Positions 24,995-35,101 are shown, counted from the stretch's first letter. The stretch: DNA of 55,514 nt from Candidatus Woesearchaeota archaeon (GCA_018302235.1 JAGVZW010000034.1:1-55514); one strand, 5' to 3'. The notes: generated from the sequence alone by a model not told the origin. Made by a program: numbers and translations.

Positions 24995-25597
24995 ATGGAT
25001 TTAACAGAAGATGAGATTGAACAAATAAAGGCTGCAGTACAACAACTTCCCTTAGAGGAACAAGAAACAGCATTAAGAAAAGAATTAGCTAAATTTTCTT
25101 CAGATAAAATACAACAATGTCCGTTCTGTTTGATGATAGAGGGGAAAATTCGTACAGTTGATGTTTATGAAGATGATATCTGCAAGGCTGTTTTAGAGAT
25201 CAATCCAGCAAACCCAGGACATATTATACTATTTCCAAAAACACATAATAGGTCTTTAGATGAATTATCTGAAAATGAAATAAATATTTTATATAAAACG
25301 GCGCATAAGTTAGCAATTATTCTTCTAAAGCTTTCAGAAGGGATTAATATAATTATTTCAGATGGTGTTGCTTCTGGAAAAAAATTTGAGCATATAATCA
25401 TTTCAATAATTCCTAGATTTAAAGATGATAATATAAATATTTATTGGCAGGGAAAACCAGAAAAATTAGAAAAATTAGAAAAATTTGCTGAAAAAATAAA
25501 GGAAAAAATTCCAAAGGAAAAAAAGAAGAAAGAGGAAATCAATGAAGATGAGCTGGAATCTTATTTAGTTAAGCCAAAACATAGAATACCTAACTAG
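24995..25597 (+). CDS. HIT-fold protein with degenerate histidine triad
   Basis: CPFC...NPANPGHIILFPKTH is HIT-like, but the triad position reads EHIIISIIPR instead of H-x-H-x-H-x-x. Confidence 0.65.
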   Translation: MDLTEDEIEQIKAAVQQLPLEEQETALRKELAKFSSDKIQQCPFCLMIEGKIRTVDVYEDDICKAVLEINPANPGHIILFPKTHNRSLDELSENEINILYKTAHKLAIILLKLSEGINIIISDGVASGKKFEHIIISIIPRFKDDNINIYWQGKPEKLEKLEKFAEKIKEKIPKEKKKKEEINEDELESYLVKPKHRIPN

Positions 25598-26111
25598 ATA
25601 AAACAGCTAATATTTTATTTGTTTCATCTTTTTCTATGATTATGGATGTTTTATATGTTTGATAACCATCTTCTTTTATTTCTAATTTCCTAATACCGGG
25701 TTCAAATTCTAATTCTAGTGGGGTTCTTCCATAATAATATCCGTTCATATATACTCTTGCTCTGTTTGGTATACTTCTAATTATAACTGAACCCATTTTA
25801 ATTTCGTTTAAGGTTTCTTTAATATCTATTTGTTTATTTTCTTCAATTGAAAGCTGCATAACATATGGTTCATATCCAAATTTTTCAATACTTATTGTTC
25901 TTTTACCTGTATTAATTTTAGTAACTAAAGGGGTTGTTCCTATAAATCTACCATCAATATATACCTTAGCATTTTGTGGTGTGATTCTTATGTCTAATGT
26001 TCCTGTAGATTTGACAGTGTATCCTGTGATAGTTTGATTTAAACTTAAAGCTATAATGCTTACAATTAGTGTAACTATAACAAGTATAATAAAAAAATAT
26101 TTGTTATTCAT
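25590..26111 (-). CDS. PEGA-domain protein, N-terminally anchored
   Basis: Two PEGA-like repeats (AKVYIDGRFIGTTPL, ARVYMNGYYYGRTPL) after a TM segment. Confidence 0.7.
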   Translation of the reverse strand: MNNKYFFIILVIVTLIVSIIALSLNQTITGYTVKSTGTLDIRITPQNAKVYIDGRFIGTTPLVTKINTGKRTISIEKFGYEPYVMQLSIEENKQIDIKETLNEIKMGSVIIRSIPNRARVYMNGYYYGRTPLELEFEPGIRKLEIKEDGYQTYKTSIIIEKDETNKILAVLSS

Positions 26112-26157
26112 ATAACCACCTCTTATATTTTGAAGAATTGATTCTTTTTAAATTTAA

Positions 26158-27021
26158 TCAAAAAATAAAAAACTCTTTGAAGGTTAAACTAACTACCAAT
26201 CCTAAAAAAAAACCTGGAATAAATGGAATGCCTTCTTTAACAATAACATATTTTATCTTATTTTTCTTTAAATTCATAATATCTTTTTTTGTTATACCTG
26301 AGCTATTTTTACTACATAAAACCTCATTATTTATCTTTATATCCTCATTTATCCAATCTCCTTCTCTTAGTTTATCAATACTAATTTTTTTGATAAAAAT
26401 AATCTTCTCTAAAATTTTAGCGAAATATAAAAATATAGTGAAAAATAAGATTAGAGAACTAAAAATTATTAAATATGTAAAAAACTTATAAAAGATAATA
26501 TTAATAATAAATAATAAAATAATAATACTAAAAAAATATAGTTTGTGTTTATTTTCAATTCTTTTATGGATTTCTTTAAAATTTTTAATTATTAAATATA
26601 AACCGTAGATTATTGTGTATATTCCTCCGCAGATTATTATATTAACAATTAAGATTGCTAAAAATGGAATTTTTAATTCTAAAATATTTTTTAAATCATA
26701 ACTAAAAATAGCTCCTAGTCCTATTAATAGTTTAGAATCTCCTCCCCCCCACTGTTTAGTATAATACATTAGACAACCAAATAAAAAACAAATTGAGGCA
26801 CCGATTAATCCATAAATAATTATCCAATAATTTTTAGTAAATAAGCTGTAAATTCCCTCTATGCCTAAACTAATTATAATTAAGCTGTAACTTAGCCAAT
26901 CAGGAACTTCTTTTGTCTTAATATCAAATAACATAGCAATAAATACGTAGAATAAAGCAATTATTATTAAAAAATATATCAATTCCATATTTATCTTTAA
27001 AAACATATAATTAATAAACAT
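26158..27021 (-). CDS. A24-family prepilin/preflagellin peptidase (PibD/FlaK-like)
   Basis: Polytopic membrane protein with FDIKTKEVPD and GGGDSKLL (GxGD) aspartyl motifs. Start may be an internal Met. Confidence 0.8.
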   Translation of the reverse strand: MFINYMFLKINMELIYFLIIIALFYVFIAMLFDIKTKEVPDWLSYSLIIISLGIEGIYSLFTKNYWIIIYGLIGASICFLFGCLMYYTKQWGGGDSKLLIGLGAIFSYDLKNILELKIPFLAILIVNIIICGGIYTIIYGLYLIIKNFKEIHKRIENKHKLYFFSIIILLFIINIIFYKFFTYLIIFSSLILFFTIFLYFAKILEKIIFIKKISIDKLREGDWINEDIKINNEVLCSKNSSGITKKDIMNLKKNKIKYVIVKEGIPFIPGFFLGLVVSLTFKEFFIF

Positions 27022-27039
27022 TTTTCTATAATCATAACT

Positions 27040-28077
27040 ATGGTTGTAATTATAGGGGCTGGTCCTGCTGGTTGTTATCTTGGGTATTTATTAGCAAAAG
27101 CAGGAAAGAAAGTAGATATCTTTGAAGAACATCGTCTGGTTGGTTACCCTGTACAATGTACTGGGATAGTAACTTCCTCTGTATTAAAAATAATTGATAT
27201 TCCAAGGGACGTTATTTTAAATCAAATAAATAAAATTAAAATAATTGCAGATAAAGAGATAATATTTAAGTTAAAAGAACCTAATCTAATATTAAATAGA
27301 GCGAAATTTGACCAATATTTAGCAAAAAAAGCAGAAATTGCTGGAGCTAAACTTTATTTAAATCATTCTTATAAAAATAATAATAAAAAATACGTTGTGA
27401 TTAATGATAAAAAAATTAAATTTGATTATTTGATTGGAGCAGATGGGCCTTTATCTGGTGTTTTAACAAACAATAATTTCGAAAAAAATAAATTAATCTA
27501 TGGTATACAAGCAAGTATAAAGGGAGAATTTGAAAAAAATACAAGCTTGATATTTTTAAAATATGGGGAGTTTGCTTGGTTAGTTCCAATTTCTAAAAAT
27601 ATGGCCATTTTGGGTTTAGTTTCGAAAAGACCAAAAAAAGATTTTGATAAATTATTAACTTTTTTAAACCCTAAAATTCTAGAATATCATGCTGGGCCCA
27701 TACCTATTTATAAAAAAAAGGTTTTACAGAAAAAAAATATATTCTTATTAGGGGACGCGGCTGCTCAAGTAAAGGCAACAACTTATGGTGGAATAATCTA
27801 TGGTTTGGGGGCAGCAAGATTATTGTCTTTGGCTATTCTAAAGAATAAGGATTATAATAGATTAAGTAAAAAATTACATAAAGATCTTTATTTGTCTTTA
27901 TTAATTAGAAAAATATTAAATAGATTTACAATAAAAGATTATAATTTATTAATTGGTTATTTACAAAAAAACAAAACTATTTTAGAGGAATTTGATAGAG
28001 ATTATCCCTCAAAATTCTTATTTAAATTGATTTTGAAAGAGCCTAGATTATTAAGATTTGTAATTAAATTTATTTAG
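27040..28077 (+). CDS. geranylgeranyl reductase family flavoprotein
   Basis: FAD motif VVIIGAGPAGCYLGYLLAKAG and LLGDAAAQVKATTYGG. Confidence 0.8.
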   Translation: MVVIIGAGPAGCYLGYLLAKAGKKVDIFEEHRLVGYPVQCTGIVTSSVLKIIDIPRDVILNQINKIKIIADKEIIFKLKEPNLILNRAKFDQYLAKKAEIAGAKLYLNHSYKNNNKKYVVINDKKIKFDYLIGADGPLSGVLTNNNFEKNKLIYGIQASIKGEFEKNTSLIFLKYGEFAWLVPISKNMAILGLVSKRPKKDFDKLLTFLNPKILEYHAGPIPIYKKKVLQKKNIFLLGDAAAQVKATTYGGIIYGLGAARLLSLAILKNKDYNRLSKKLHKDLYLSLLIRKILNRFTIKDYNLLIGYLQKNKTILEEFDRDYPSKFLFKLILKEPRLLRFVIKFI

Positions 28078-28200
28078 TCTTTTTAAATGGTTTTCTCAAT
28101 TCTATTTTAGAGAATCAACTAAAATTAACTAAATACAACGGGTGGTGCAAATAAACTAATTCCTATTGCAACAATTAATTCTAGACGATTTTTACATCCT

Positions 28201-29214
28201 CTAATATCTTAAAATAGCGCCAACTCCACCAATGCCTTCTAATTTTTTTCCACCATCATTATCTGAATTAATGATGTGAATTTCACCTTTACTTAGTTCG
28301 ACTGCCTTCATCATACGTTCTAATTCTAAAAAATTATCTTCTTGTCTTAATCTCTGAATTAATATATCTGTAACCAATAAAATTTTAACAGCTCCTGAAA
28401 GAGATTTTTCATAACTTTCCCTAAATCCATAAACTGCCTTGCCTTCTTTAGATATCTCTTTCAATAATTCTTCAACTAAGGAAATTTCAAAACTTATTCT
28501 TTCATCATTTAAAAATTTTCTAAATTCTGAACCCCTTAATACTTCATTAATCCCACTTTTTCCAGAATTATAACAATTAACAAAAAAATAATTTCCTTTA
28601 ATCTTATTAATCCAAAAATTACTACCCCCTATAACAATTTTATCAATTTTATGCCTGCTTTTATATTCTTCTATTAGTTTTAAAACATCATTAAAAAAAT
28701 CAGTTTTAGTGTCTGTTTTTATATATTTATTCTCTACATCTCCACTTATCTCTCCTATAATTTCAAAATTATTCTGTCTTAATAAAGCAAATGTAGCCTC
28801 TCCTCTGTCTAATATAACAATCATGATTTTTTCTTTTTTTTCTTTAGTAGCTTCAATAATATGTTTTTTTTGATATTCAAAAAATTCTTTTTTTTCCAAC
28901 TCAAATATAAAATTTTCTTCAATATTAAAACTATGATATGTTCCTTTAGTAACATCTTCGCTGCTTGTTTCGATAATCTTTCCCAATACTCTTAAAGAAC
29001 TATCAAATTTACTAAATTCTATCTTTTCAATACTAATAGTTAAAAAAATACTTTTTTTAATAATTTTAGTCTCACTTAATTTAATTTTTCTAGTATCGTG
29101 ACCTTTTATTATGTCTCCTTTGTCAATAATTTGACTTAAATGCCATAAATCATCTAAACTTTCTATTTTAAACTTTAAAATTTTTTTTTTATAATCTAGT
29201 TTAATAATTTTCAT
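28201..29214 (-). CDS. pelA: Pelota (mRNA surveillance / ribosome rescue factor)
   Basis: N-terminal ESLDDLWHLSQII and C-terminal eRF1-like GGVGAILRY. Confidence 0.85.
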   Translation of the reverse strand: MKIIKLDYKKKILKFKIESLDDLWHLSQIIDKGDIIKGHDTRKIKLSETKIIKKSIFLTISIEKIEFSKFDSSLRVLGKIIETSSEDVTKGTYHSFNIEENFIFELEKKEFFEYQKKHIIEATKEKKEKIMIVILDRGEATFALLRQNNFEIIGEISGDVENKYIKTDTKTDFFNDVLKLIEEYKSRHKIDKIVIGGSNFWINKIKGNYFFVNCYNSGKSGINEVLRGSEFRKFLNDERISFEISLVEELLKEISKEGKAVYGFRESYEKSLSGAVKILLVTDILIQRLRQEDNFLELERMMKAVELSKGEIHIINSDNDGGKKLEGIGGVGAILRY

Positions 29215-29261
29215 AGATGTATAGCAATATTTAAATATTAAATAAATTTATTGTAATCGTT

Positions 29262-30437
29262 ATGTTTAATAAAATAGGACAAAAAGAAGAATTAGCTGGA
29301 AAAGCAGTGATGATTATAATTCTAGTTATTGCTTTTCTTATAGCCTTATATATTTTGTTTTTGCCACCAGAAGAGAGAAGAGATCTGCTTAATCAAGAAG
29401 AACCAACTGGAACACCTAAAACAGGTACTACATTTATAGAATTATTTTCTGAATCACCTGGCAAACTTTATCCACTCAAGGAGTATATTACAACAAAAAA
29501 TATTCCTTCTATAGATCTATATACAAAAACAACTATTCAAGCAGATACACTAAGTCAATCTTTATTTATTTCAAAATCTTTATTCTCTAATAATCCACAA
29601 ACAATATATTTTTCATTAGATTCTCAAGATAAAGCTACCCTTTTTTTTTCTTTAACTGGTGAAAATTCAGGTACATTGAGAATATATATAAATAACAATC
29701 TTTTTTTTTCTGAAAAAATATCAGAAAATGATGTCAAATTAATTAATATTCCTACTAGGTTTTTAAAACAAGAAAATTCTTTATATTTTGAGGTATCATC
29801 TCCTGGTTTATTTTTTTGGAAAACAAATGAAATGCATTTAAAAGATATTGGTATAAGACAAGAAATAGAATCAATAAATATAAAAGAACAGCGTTTATTT
29901 GTTTTTACGAATCAAGAAATTAGTTCACTAAAAACTGCAAAATTATCTTTTTATCAATTTTGTGAAAAAGATATAGGTGGTCATTTAACAATACTATTGA
30001 ATAATATGGAATTATTTAATGCTAATCTAAAATGTATTAATACTGCTACAAATATAGATATTCCTAAGGATATATTAAAAAATGAAAATATATTACAATT
30101 TGAAATAGATAAAGGAGAATTCTCTTTTAATCAAGTAAAAATACAAACAGATACAAAGGAACAAACGTTTCCGTATTATACATTTGAATTGAGTAGTACA
30201 GAATTTAATAAAATAGAAAATTCTACATTAAAAATAACTATGGTTGATGATGGGAAATTAAAAAGTGCCTTATTTTATTTGAACAGTGAGAAATTATCTC
30301 TAAAAACTAGAGACGTAAATTATAATTTTTATGTGCAAGATTATTTAGAATATGGAACAAACTATTTAAGAATTGAACCACTGTCACCGTTTGAAATTAT
30401 TAGTTTAAAAATAACCGCAGAGGAAAACAATGACTGA
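29262..30437 (+). CDS. N-terminally anchored surface protein with three repeated beta-rich modules
   Basis: TM at residues about 14-34. Three similar modules (GTLRIYINNNLFF...NSLYFEV, GHLTILLNNMELF...NILQFEI, SALFYLNSEKL...NYLRIEP). Confidence 0.6.
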   Translation: MFNKIGQKEELAGKAVMIIILVIAFLIALYILFLPPEERRDLLNQEEPTGTPKTGTTFIELFSESPGKLYPLKEYITTKNIPSIDLYTKTTIQADTLSQSLFISKSLFSNNPQTIYFSLDSQDKATLFFSLTGENSGTLRIYINNNLFFSEKISENDVKLINIPTRFLKQENSLYFEVSSPGLFFWKTNEMHLKDIGIRQEIESINIKEQRLFVFTNQEISSLKTAKLSFYQFCEKDIGGHLTILLNNMELFNANLKCINTATNIDIPKDILKNENILQFEIDKGEFSFNQVKIQTDTKEQTFPYYTFELSSTEFNKIENSTLKITMVDDGKLKSALFYLNSEKLSLKTRDVNYNFYVQDYLEYGTNYLRIEPLSPFEIISLKITAEENND

Positions 30438-31782
30438 TGTTGAAAAGAGTCATACTACTACATTTCTTGGAAAATTATTAAAGTTTATTTTTGGTTTTGT
30501 TATATTTATTGTGTTTGTGTTGGCTATTGTTTTTTTGATTAGATTATATGGCACTGGGGGTGGGGCTGTAGCCTTAGAGCATGGAAGTGTAGCAGCAAAA
30601 GAATTTGGTTTACCTGTACTAAAACAAGTTGGTCTTTATGATGCTTATTTGGCTTTTTTTGATCCTACAAAATTATGGGAAAAAGAGATTAATTCTGATA
30701 TAGAAAAGAACGAATATAGACCAGAAGCTGGTGTAAGAATTACAAAATTAGAACCACGTTCATCTTTTTTTGAGGAAGAAAAACCAATAGTTGTTGATGC
30801 TTATATTGATGCTGAGGCTATAGTTAATGATGTTGAAATTTATTTTTATTGTAAATTAGATGATTACCCTGCAATTGGAAAAACAGAGTATATTCCTGCT
30901 GAGGTTTCTTCACTAAATTCTAAAAATAATGCTGCTTTTTTGAAAAAAAATCAGGGCTTAGAAAGAATTAGAGCTACATGTAAGTTTCAAAGCGGTATGA
31001 AGATTCCAAAAGATAATACATTAGGAACACCACAGGTGGTGACATCTAAACAAGTTGAAATAATAGCTAGATTTCCTTTTACTACATTAGCCTCACATAA
31101 AACATATATGCTAAATAAAGAAGAATATGAAAGATTAATCTCAATAAATCAAAATCCATTTGAATATTTTAAGATTTCAGATCCACAATTAAATTATGAT
31201 AGAACAATGAAGTCTAGAACAACAGATGGACCTCTACAATTGGGAATAAGTACTTATCAACAACAACCATTTACTGAAGATATGGCTTATACTATAGCTG
31301 TTGGAATGAAGGATAATCAGGGCTGGGGTATTGGTTCTATGAGATATTTAAATTATTTAGATTTAAAATTACCAGATCCCTATTTTATTTTAGAAAGTGA
31401 TTCATCTTATCCAAATAAAAATTTAATGGATGATACTTGTGCTTTTTACTTTACCGGAGAGATAGATAATATGGGGGTTAGCGGAATAAGATACAAGGTT
31501 TATAGATTAAAAGATGAATATCTTTCAAGGGTTAATGTTGATTGTTCTAAGGATGCTTTAAAGGATGTAAAAGATTTAACTACAGAAGAATGCATTAAAC
31601 TTTATGGGAGCCAACAAATATTTACATGTGATTTTCAGATACCAGAGTTGCCTGCTGAGGAAGGAATATTTGCTGACTTTTTCTTTACAGAAGCATCTTA
31701 TATTTTTGAGGTAAAAAAATCTGCAGCAATAAATATTAGAAAATACCACGATGTGCCAACTACTGGCCCTTTAATAACATAA
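30430..31782 (+). CDS. N-terminally anchored surface protein (450 aa)
   Basis: One N-terminal TM. Overlaps the previous gene by 8 nt. Confidence 0.6.
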   Translation: MTDVEKSHTTTFLGKLLKFIFGFVIFIVFVLAIVFLIRLYGTGGGAVALEHGSVAAKEFGLPVLKQVGLYDAYLAFFDPTKLWEKEINSDIEKNEYRPEAGVRITKLEPRSSFFEEEKPIVVDAYIDAEAIVNDVEIYFYCKLDDYPAIGKTEYIPAEVSSLNSKNNAAFLKKNQGLERIRATCKFQSGMKIPKDNTLGTPQVVTSKQVEIIARFPFTTLASHKTYMLNKEEYERLISINQNPFEYFKISDPQLNYDRTMKSRTTDGPLQLGISTYQQQPFTEDMAYTIAVGMKDNQGWGIGSMRYLNYLDLKLPDPYFILESDSSYPNKNLMDDTCAFYFTGEIDNMGVSGIRYKVYRLKDEYLSRVNVDCSKDALKDVKDLTTEECIKLYGSQQIFTCDFQIPELPAEEGIFADFFFTEASYIFEVKKSAAINIRKYHDVPTTGPLIT

Positions 31783-31813
31783 CTTTTTTATATCTTTGAT
31801 TTATATTTACCTT

Positions 31814-32701
31814 ATGAAAATATTATTATTTATATTATTATTATTTTTAATGTCTTGTGCAACTAAACAACCAATAAACGAAGGAAGGGATGTTAGTTTG
31901 TCTATTATAGAATATCCTGACGGAGAGATATATCCTGAAATTGATACTTTTAAATTAAGAATAAAGATAACAAATCAAGCAAAAAATGATATACAGGGCA
32001 TTCTGTGTGTCTCAGATTCGTTATCTGACAATTTTGGGGGTATTTCTTCGCATGAATGTCAAGATGTATATTTAGAAAAAGGAGAACTTATAGATGAAAA
32101 AATAATTCCAAGAAGTCAAGATTTTCTCTTTCCAGAGGCGAAAAGGGCTACATATTCTTATATTGCGCCTAACAAGGATATTTCTGAATATATATCTTTG
32201 ACTACTACTTTTCAATATGAGATCGAATCAATTTCATCTACTACAATTTGTGTTTCAAATCCATATTTAGATGACCCGTATTGTAATAATAAAGAGATAA
32301 TAAATAATATAAAAAGAGATAATACTCCTTTGATAGTCTCTAAAATAGAAAAATCCACAAATACTTTATCTGAAAACGAAATAAAATTAAACCTTAAATT
32401 CTATTTAGAATTGGAGGAAAATGGATATTTATTATCAAAAAATTCTTTATTTTCACAGGAAAAAACATCCTATCCTGAGATTGAATTTAGGGCTATATTA
32501 AACGAAAATGAAGAATTGACTTGCACTTCATTGGAGAATAACATTTTTAAATTCAAAGAAGATCAAAATATTATTCAATGTTCAATAATATTACCAATTA
32601 AACAAGATTTTATTCAATTAAAATTGGATACTTATCTTGGTTATGGTTTTATGTTAAGAACTGAACCAATACAAATAAAATTAAAAAAGGAGGAATATTA
32701 A
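31814..32701 (+). CDS. lipobox-containing surface protein
   Basis: MKILLFILLLFLMSCATKQ (signal plus Cys). CARDB-like pattern FKLRIKITNQAKNDI. Start reset to the ATG at 31814. Confidence 0.6.
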   Translation: MKILLFILLLFLMSCATKQPINEGRDVSLSIIEYPDGEIYPEIDTFKLRIKITNQAKNDIQGILCVSDSLSDNFGGISSHECQDVYLEKGELIDEKIIPRSQDFLFPEAKRATYSYIAPNKDISEYISLTTTFQYEIESISSTTICVSNPYLDDPYCNNKEIINNIKRDNTPLIVSKIEKSTNTLSENEIKLNLKFYLELEENGYLLSKNSLFSQEKTSYPEIEFRAILNENEELTCTSLENNIFKFKEDQNIIQCSIILPIKQDFIQLKLDTYLGYGFMLRTEPIQIKLKKEEY

Positions 32702-33652
32702 ATGAGAAAATATATCATTTATATAACATTTTTACTCTCTATGTTATTTATTACTGCTGCCAGTTGTGGTGGTGATAGGTCGTCTTCAGAAACAAAATTT
32801 TCGTGGATTGGTGGTACTGATGGAATTATAGCTTCTTTTATACCAGATAGTCCGCCCTTGTCTGTTTTAGGTGGTGGGGTAGATCCATTTACAATAGATG
32901 TACAACTTGAAAATAAGGGTGAATATAATATTAAACCTAATGAGGCCTTAGTTACATTACAAGGCTTTGATTACACATCTTTTTCAATTTCAGCGCCATC
33001 TCAATATATAACAGAGGGTCTGATAGGTAAAACGGAACAAGGAGATGTTATAGTAGAGGGGGATCAATCTTCAGTTTCCTATGAAGCTAATTATGTTGGT
33101 AGTTCAACATTTAGTCAGGAGTTTACAATTACAGCAAATTATTGTTATAAATATCAAACAAAAACAGCAGCTATCTTATGTTTAAAACAAATCCCTAAGG
33201 AAAGAACGAGAGAAACAGAATGTGCTATAGAAAATCAACAGCTACAATTTGGCTCTTCTTCTGCTCCGGTACAAATAACTTCTTTTTCACAAAGATCAAC
33301 TGGAAAAAATGAGATATCTTTTACATTTAAAATAGAAAATAAAGGACAAGGCAATATCTATAAACCTAAGTTTGTTACAAAGGGGGAATGTAGAGATGAT
33401 AAAACATATGCTGATGAGGTATTTGTAAGATTGAATTTTGAATCGGGTAATGTACCAATAAAATGTGCTGCTTTGGATAATGCAAACGAAGGGCATATAA
33501 AATTATCACAGGGCTTAAAACAAATGTCCTGTAGTATAGACACAACAAATTTACAAACATCTGCTTTTGAAAAATCTTTATCTGTTACAATAGAGTATAC
33601 GTATAAAGAATCTGCGTCACAATCAATTACTATTGAAAAATCTTATGAATAA
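32702..33652 (+). CDS. lipobox-containing surface protein, paralogous architecture to 31814-32701
   Basis: LFITAASCGGD lipobox. FTIDVQLENKGEYNI and ISFTFKIENKGQGNI patterns. Starts the base after the upstream stop. Confidence 0.6.
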   Translation: MRKYIIYITFLLSMLFITAASCGGDRSSSETKFSWIGGTDGIIASFIPDSPPLSVLGGGVDPFTIDVQLENKGEYNIKPNEALVTLQGFDYTSFSISAPSQYITEGLIGKTEQGDVIVEGDQSSVSYEANYVGSSTFSQEFTITANYCYKYQTKTAAILCLKQIPKERTRETECAIENQQLQFGSSSAPVQITSFSQRSTGKNEISFTFKIENKGQGNIYKPKFVTKGECRDDKTYADEVFVRLNFESGNVPIKCAALDNANEGHIKLSQGLKQMSCSIDTTNLQTSAFEKSLSVTIEYTYKESASQSITIEKSYE

Positions 33653-33671
33653 ATTTATGTTCTTTTATTTT

Positions 33672-34910
33672 TTAAAAATCAAATACTGACTTTTGTCCTA
33701 CGCTTACAAGATTAATATCAAATTCTTCATCGGGTTTAATAAGACGACCATAAACCCCTGCACCACCTGGAATATATTTAATTTTATTCTCTCTAAAAAA
33801 ACCAATATACTTAGCAACATCTTTATCGATTTCATAAATTTTATTAATATCTGCGTTCAATAAAATATCAGCTTCATTTCCAAGTTTATTAACAAATTCT
33901 TGCCATAAACTTTGGACCTTTGTAGACCATGCATTCTTTATACCTTTAGTTAAAGCTATTATTTCACTTAATGGTACAACATATTTATATTCTGGTCTAT
34001 GATCTGGGTGTTTACCAAAAGATAAATCTGATAATTCTTCAATTCTAAAATCAACACCCTTCTTAATAGGTTTTTTGCATTTTGAACATCTCCAGTTTAA
34101 CATTTGCGCTTCCTTTGGATCATAGAAGCTTAAACAACCAGTACATCTTGTTTTATGATATTTTCCTTCTAAAGGGTTAAATCCAACATTAAGAACGCAA
34201 CATCTTCCTTGCTCTCTTTTCAGTGCCTTTGCGATTTCATCAAAACTAATTTCTTTTAATCTAAATCTATTAAATTCCCTACCTAATTTATTTGGCCAGG
34301 GGCTATGAGCATCACTATTTGAGGTAAATGTCAAATTATGCAATTCAGAAATTCTATCTGCCATATTTGTGTCTGCACTTAAACCCAATTCTAAAAAATG
34401 AATATTTTTCCATTGATCACCAAAACAATCCTTGTAAGAATTAAATTTTCCATATAAACCGAAATATGGCGTAAATGCATGAGCAAACCCAACTAAACAA
34501 TCTGCTTCAGTACAAATCTCAGTTAATTCTTCCCCATTAACCCAAATTTTAGGCCTACCATCAGAATCAAAATTTTTACATTTATTCTTAAGTCTTTCTT
34601 TAACTTCTTCTACTTTAGAAAAACTAGGAAAAAAGATTATTTGATGCACTCTGTTAGAATCTTCTACTTCTGTTTGTAAAATAAATTTAGTCCCATTTTC
34701 CGCTTCAAGAAGACCATCTCCAATATCTTTTAATTGCTTTTTTACAAGATTGCACCATTTACTATGCAATATATCTGAACTCCCAATAAGATGTAAACCC
34801 TTTAATGGAGCCTGTTCTGCAATGATTTTGGGTGTCATTTCTTTACTTACTGCTTTAGAATATAAACCATGCATATGCAAGTCAACATTACATTCAACAT
34901 AATCATTCAT
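33672..34910 (-). CDS. PHP-domain plus Zn-ribbon protein, EndoQ-like (COG1379)
   Basis: DLHMHGLYSKAVSKEMTP, NSDAHSPWPNKLGREFN, CTGC...CSKC and KKGVDFRIEEL all follow the EndoQ layout as recalled from Pyrococcus. Confidence 0.75.
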   Translation of the reverse strand: MNDYVECNVDLHMHGLYSKAVSKEMTPKIIAEQAPLKGLHLIGSSDILHSKWCNLVKKQLKDIGDGLLEAENGTKFILQTEVEDSNRVHQIIFFPSFSKVEEVKERLKNKCKNFDSDGRPKIWVNGEELTEICTEADCLVGFAHAFTPYFGLYGKFNSYKDCFGDQWKNIHFLELGLSADTNMADRISELHNLTFTSNSDAHSPWPNKLGREFNRFRLKEISFDEIAKALKREQGRCCVLNVGFNPLEGKYHKTRCTGCLSFYDPKEAQMLNWRCSKCKKPIKKGVDFRIEELSDLSFGKHPDHRPEYKYVVPLSEIIALTKGIKNAWSTKVQSLWQEFVNKLGNEADILLNADINKIYEIDKDVAKYIGFFRENKIKYIPGGAGVYGRLIKPDEEFDINLVSVGQKSVFDF

Positions 34911-35101
34911 TTTAAATTAATCTCCATTTCACAGATATTTTAATCTACTAAGGATTTATAAAACTTTATTAAGTCTGATTTAAGAATTATATAACTTTTA
35001 AATAGTGGATGCAATCAATGCATCTGTATGGAAGATGTTTCTGAAGCATGCACAGAAATGGTTTGTTAAAATAGTCTTGTTATCCAATCAGATTTGCCTG
35101 A

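Noticed and set aside
26138-26491. 117-aa plus-strand ORF overlapping the 3-prime part of the prepilin peptidase gene.
   Set aside because: It lies antisense to a gene with clear A24 motifs. Its hydrophobic, low-complexity translation is typical of the reverse strand of a membrane-protein gene.
33296-33560. Three overlapping 61-66-aa minus-strand ORFs.
   Set aside because: All lie antisense within the last surface-protein gene (32702-33652) and overlap one another in different frames, so they are shadow ORFs.
34975-35101. Possible small RNA between the EndoQ-like and PAC2 genes. The stretch is relatively GC-rich, with hairpins gatgca-n5-tgcatc (35009-35025) and aatcag-n6-ctgatt (35084-35101), CUGA-like boxes, and a 13-codon ORF MEDVSEACTEMVC about 28 nt downstream of a ttttaaata element.
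   Set aside because: There is no convincing C box (RUGAUGA) or H/ACA layout. The stems are short, and the mini-ORF has no supporting conservation that I can assess. It may simply be promoter or terminator sequence for the flanking genes.
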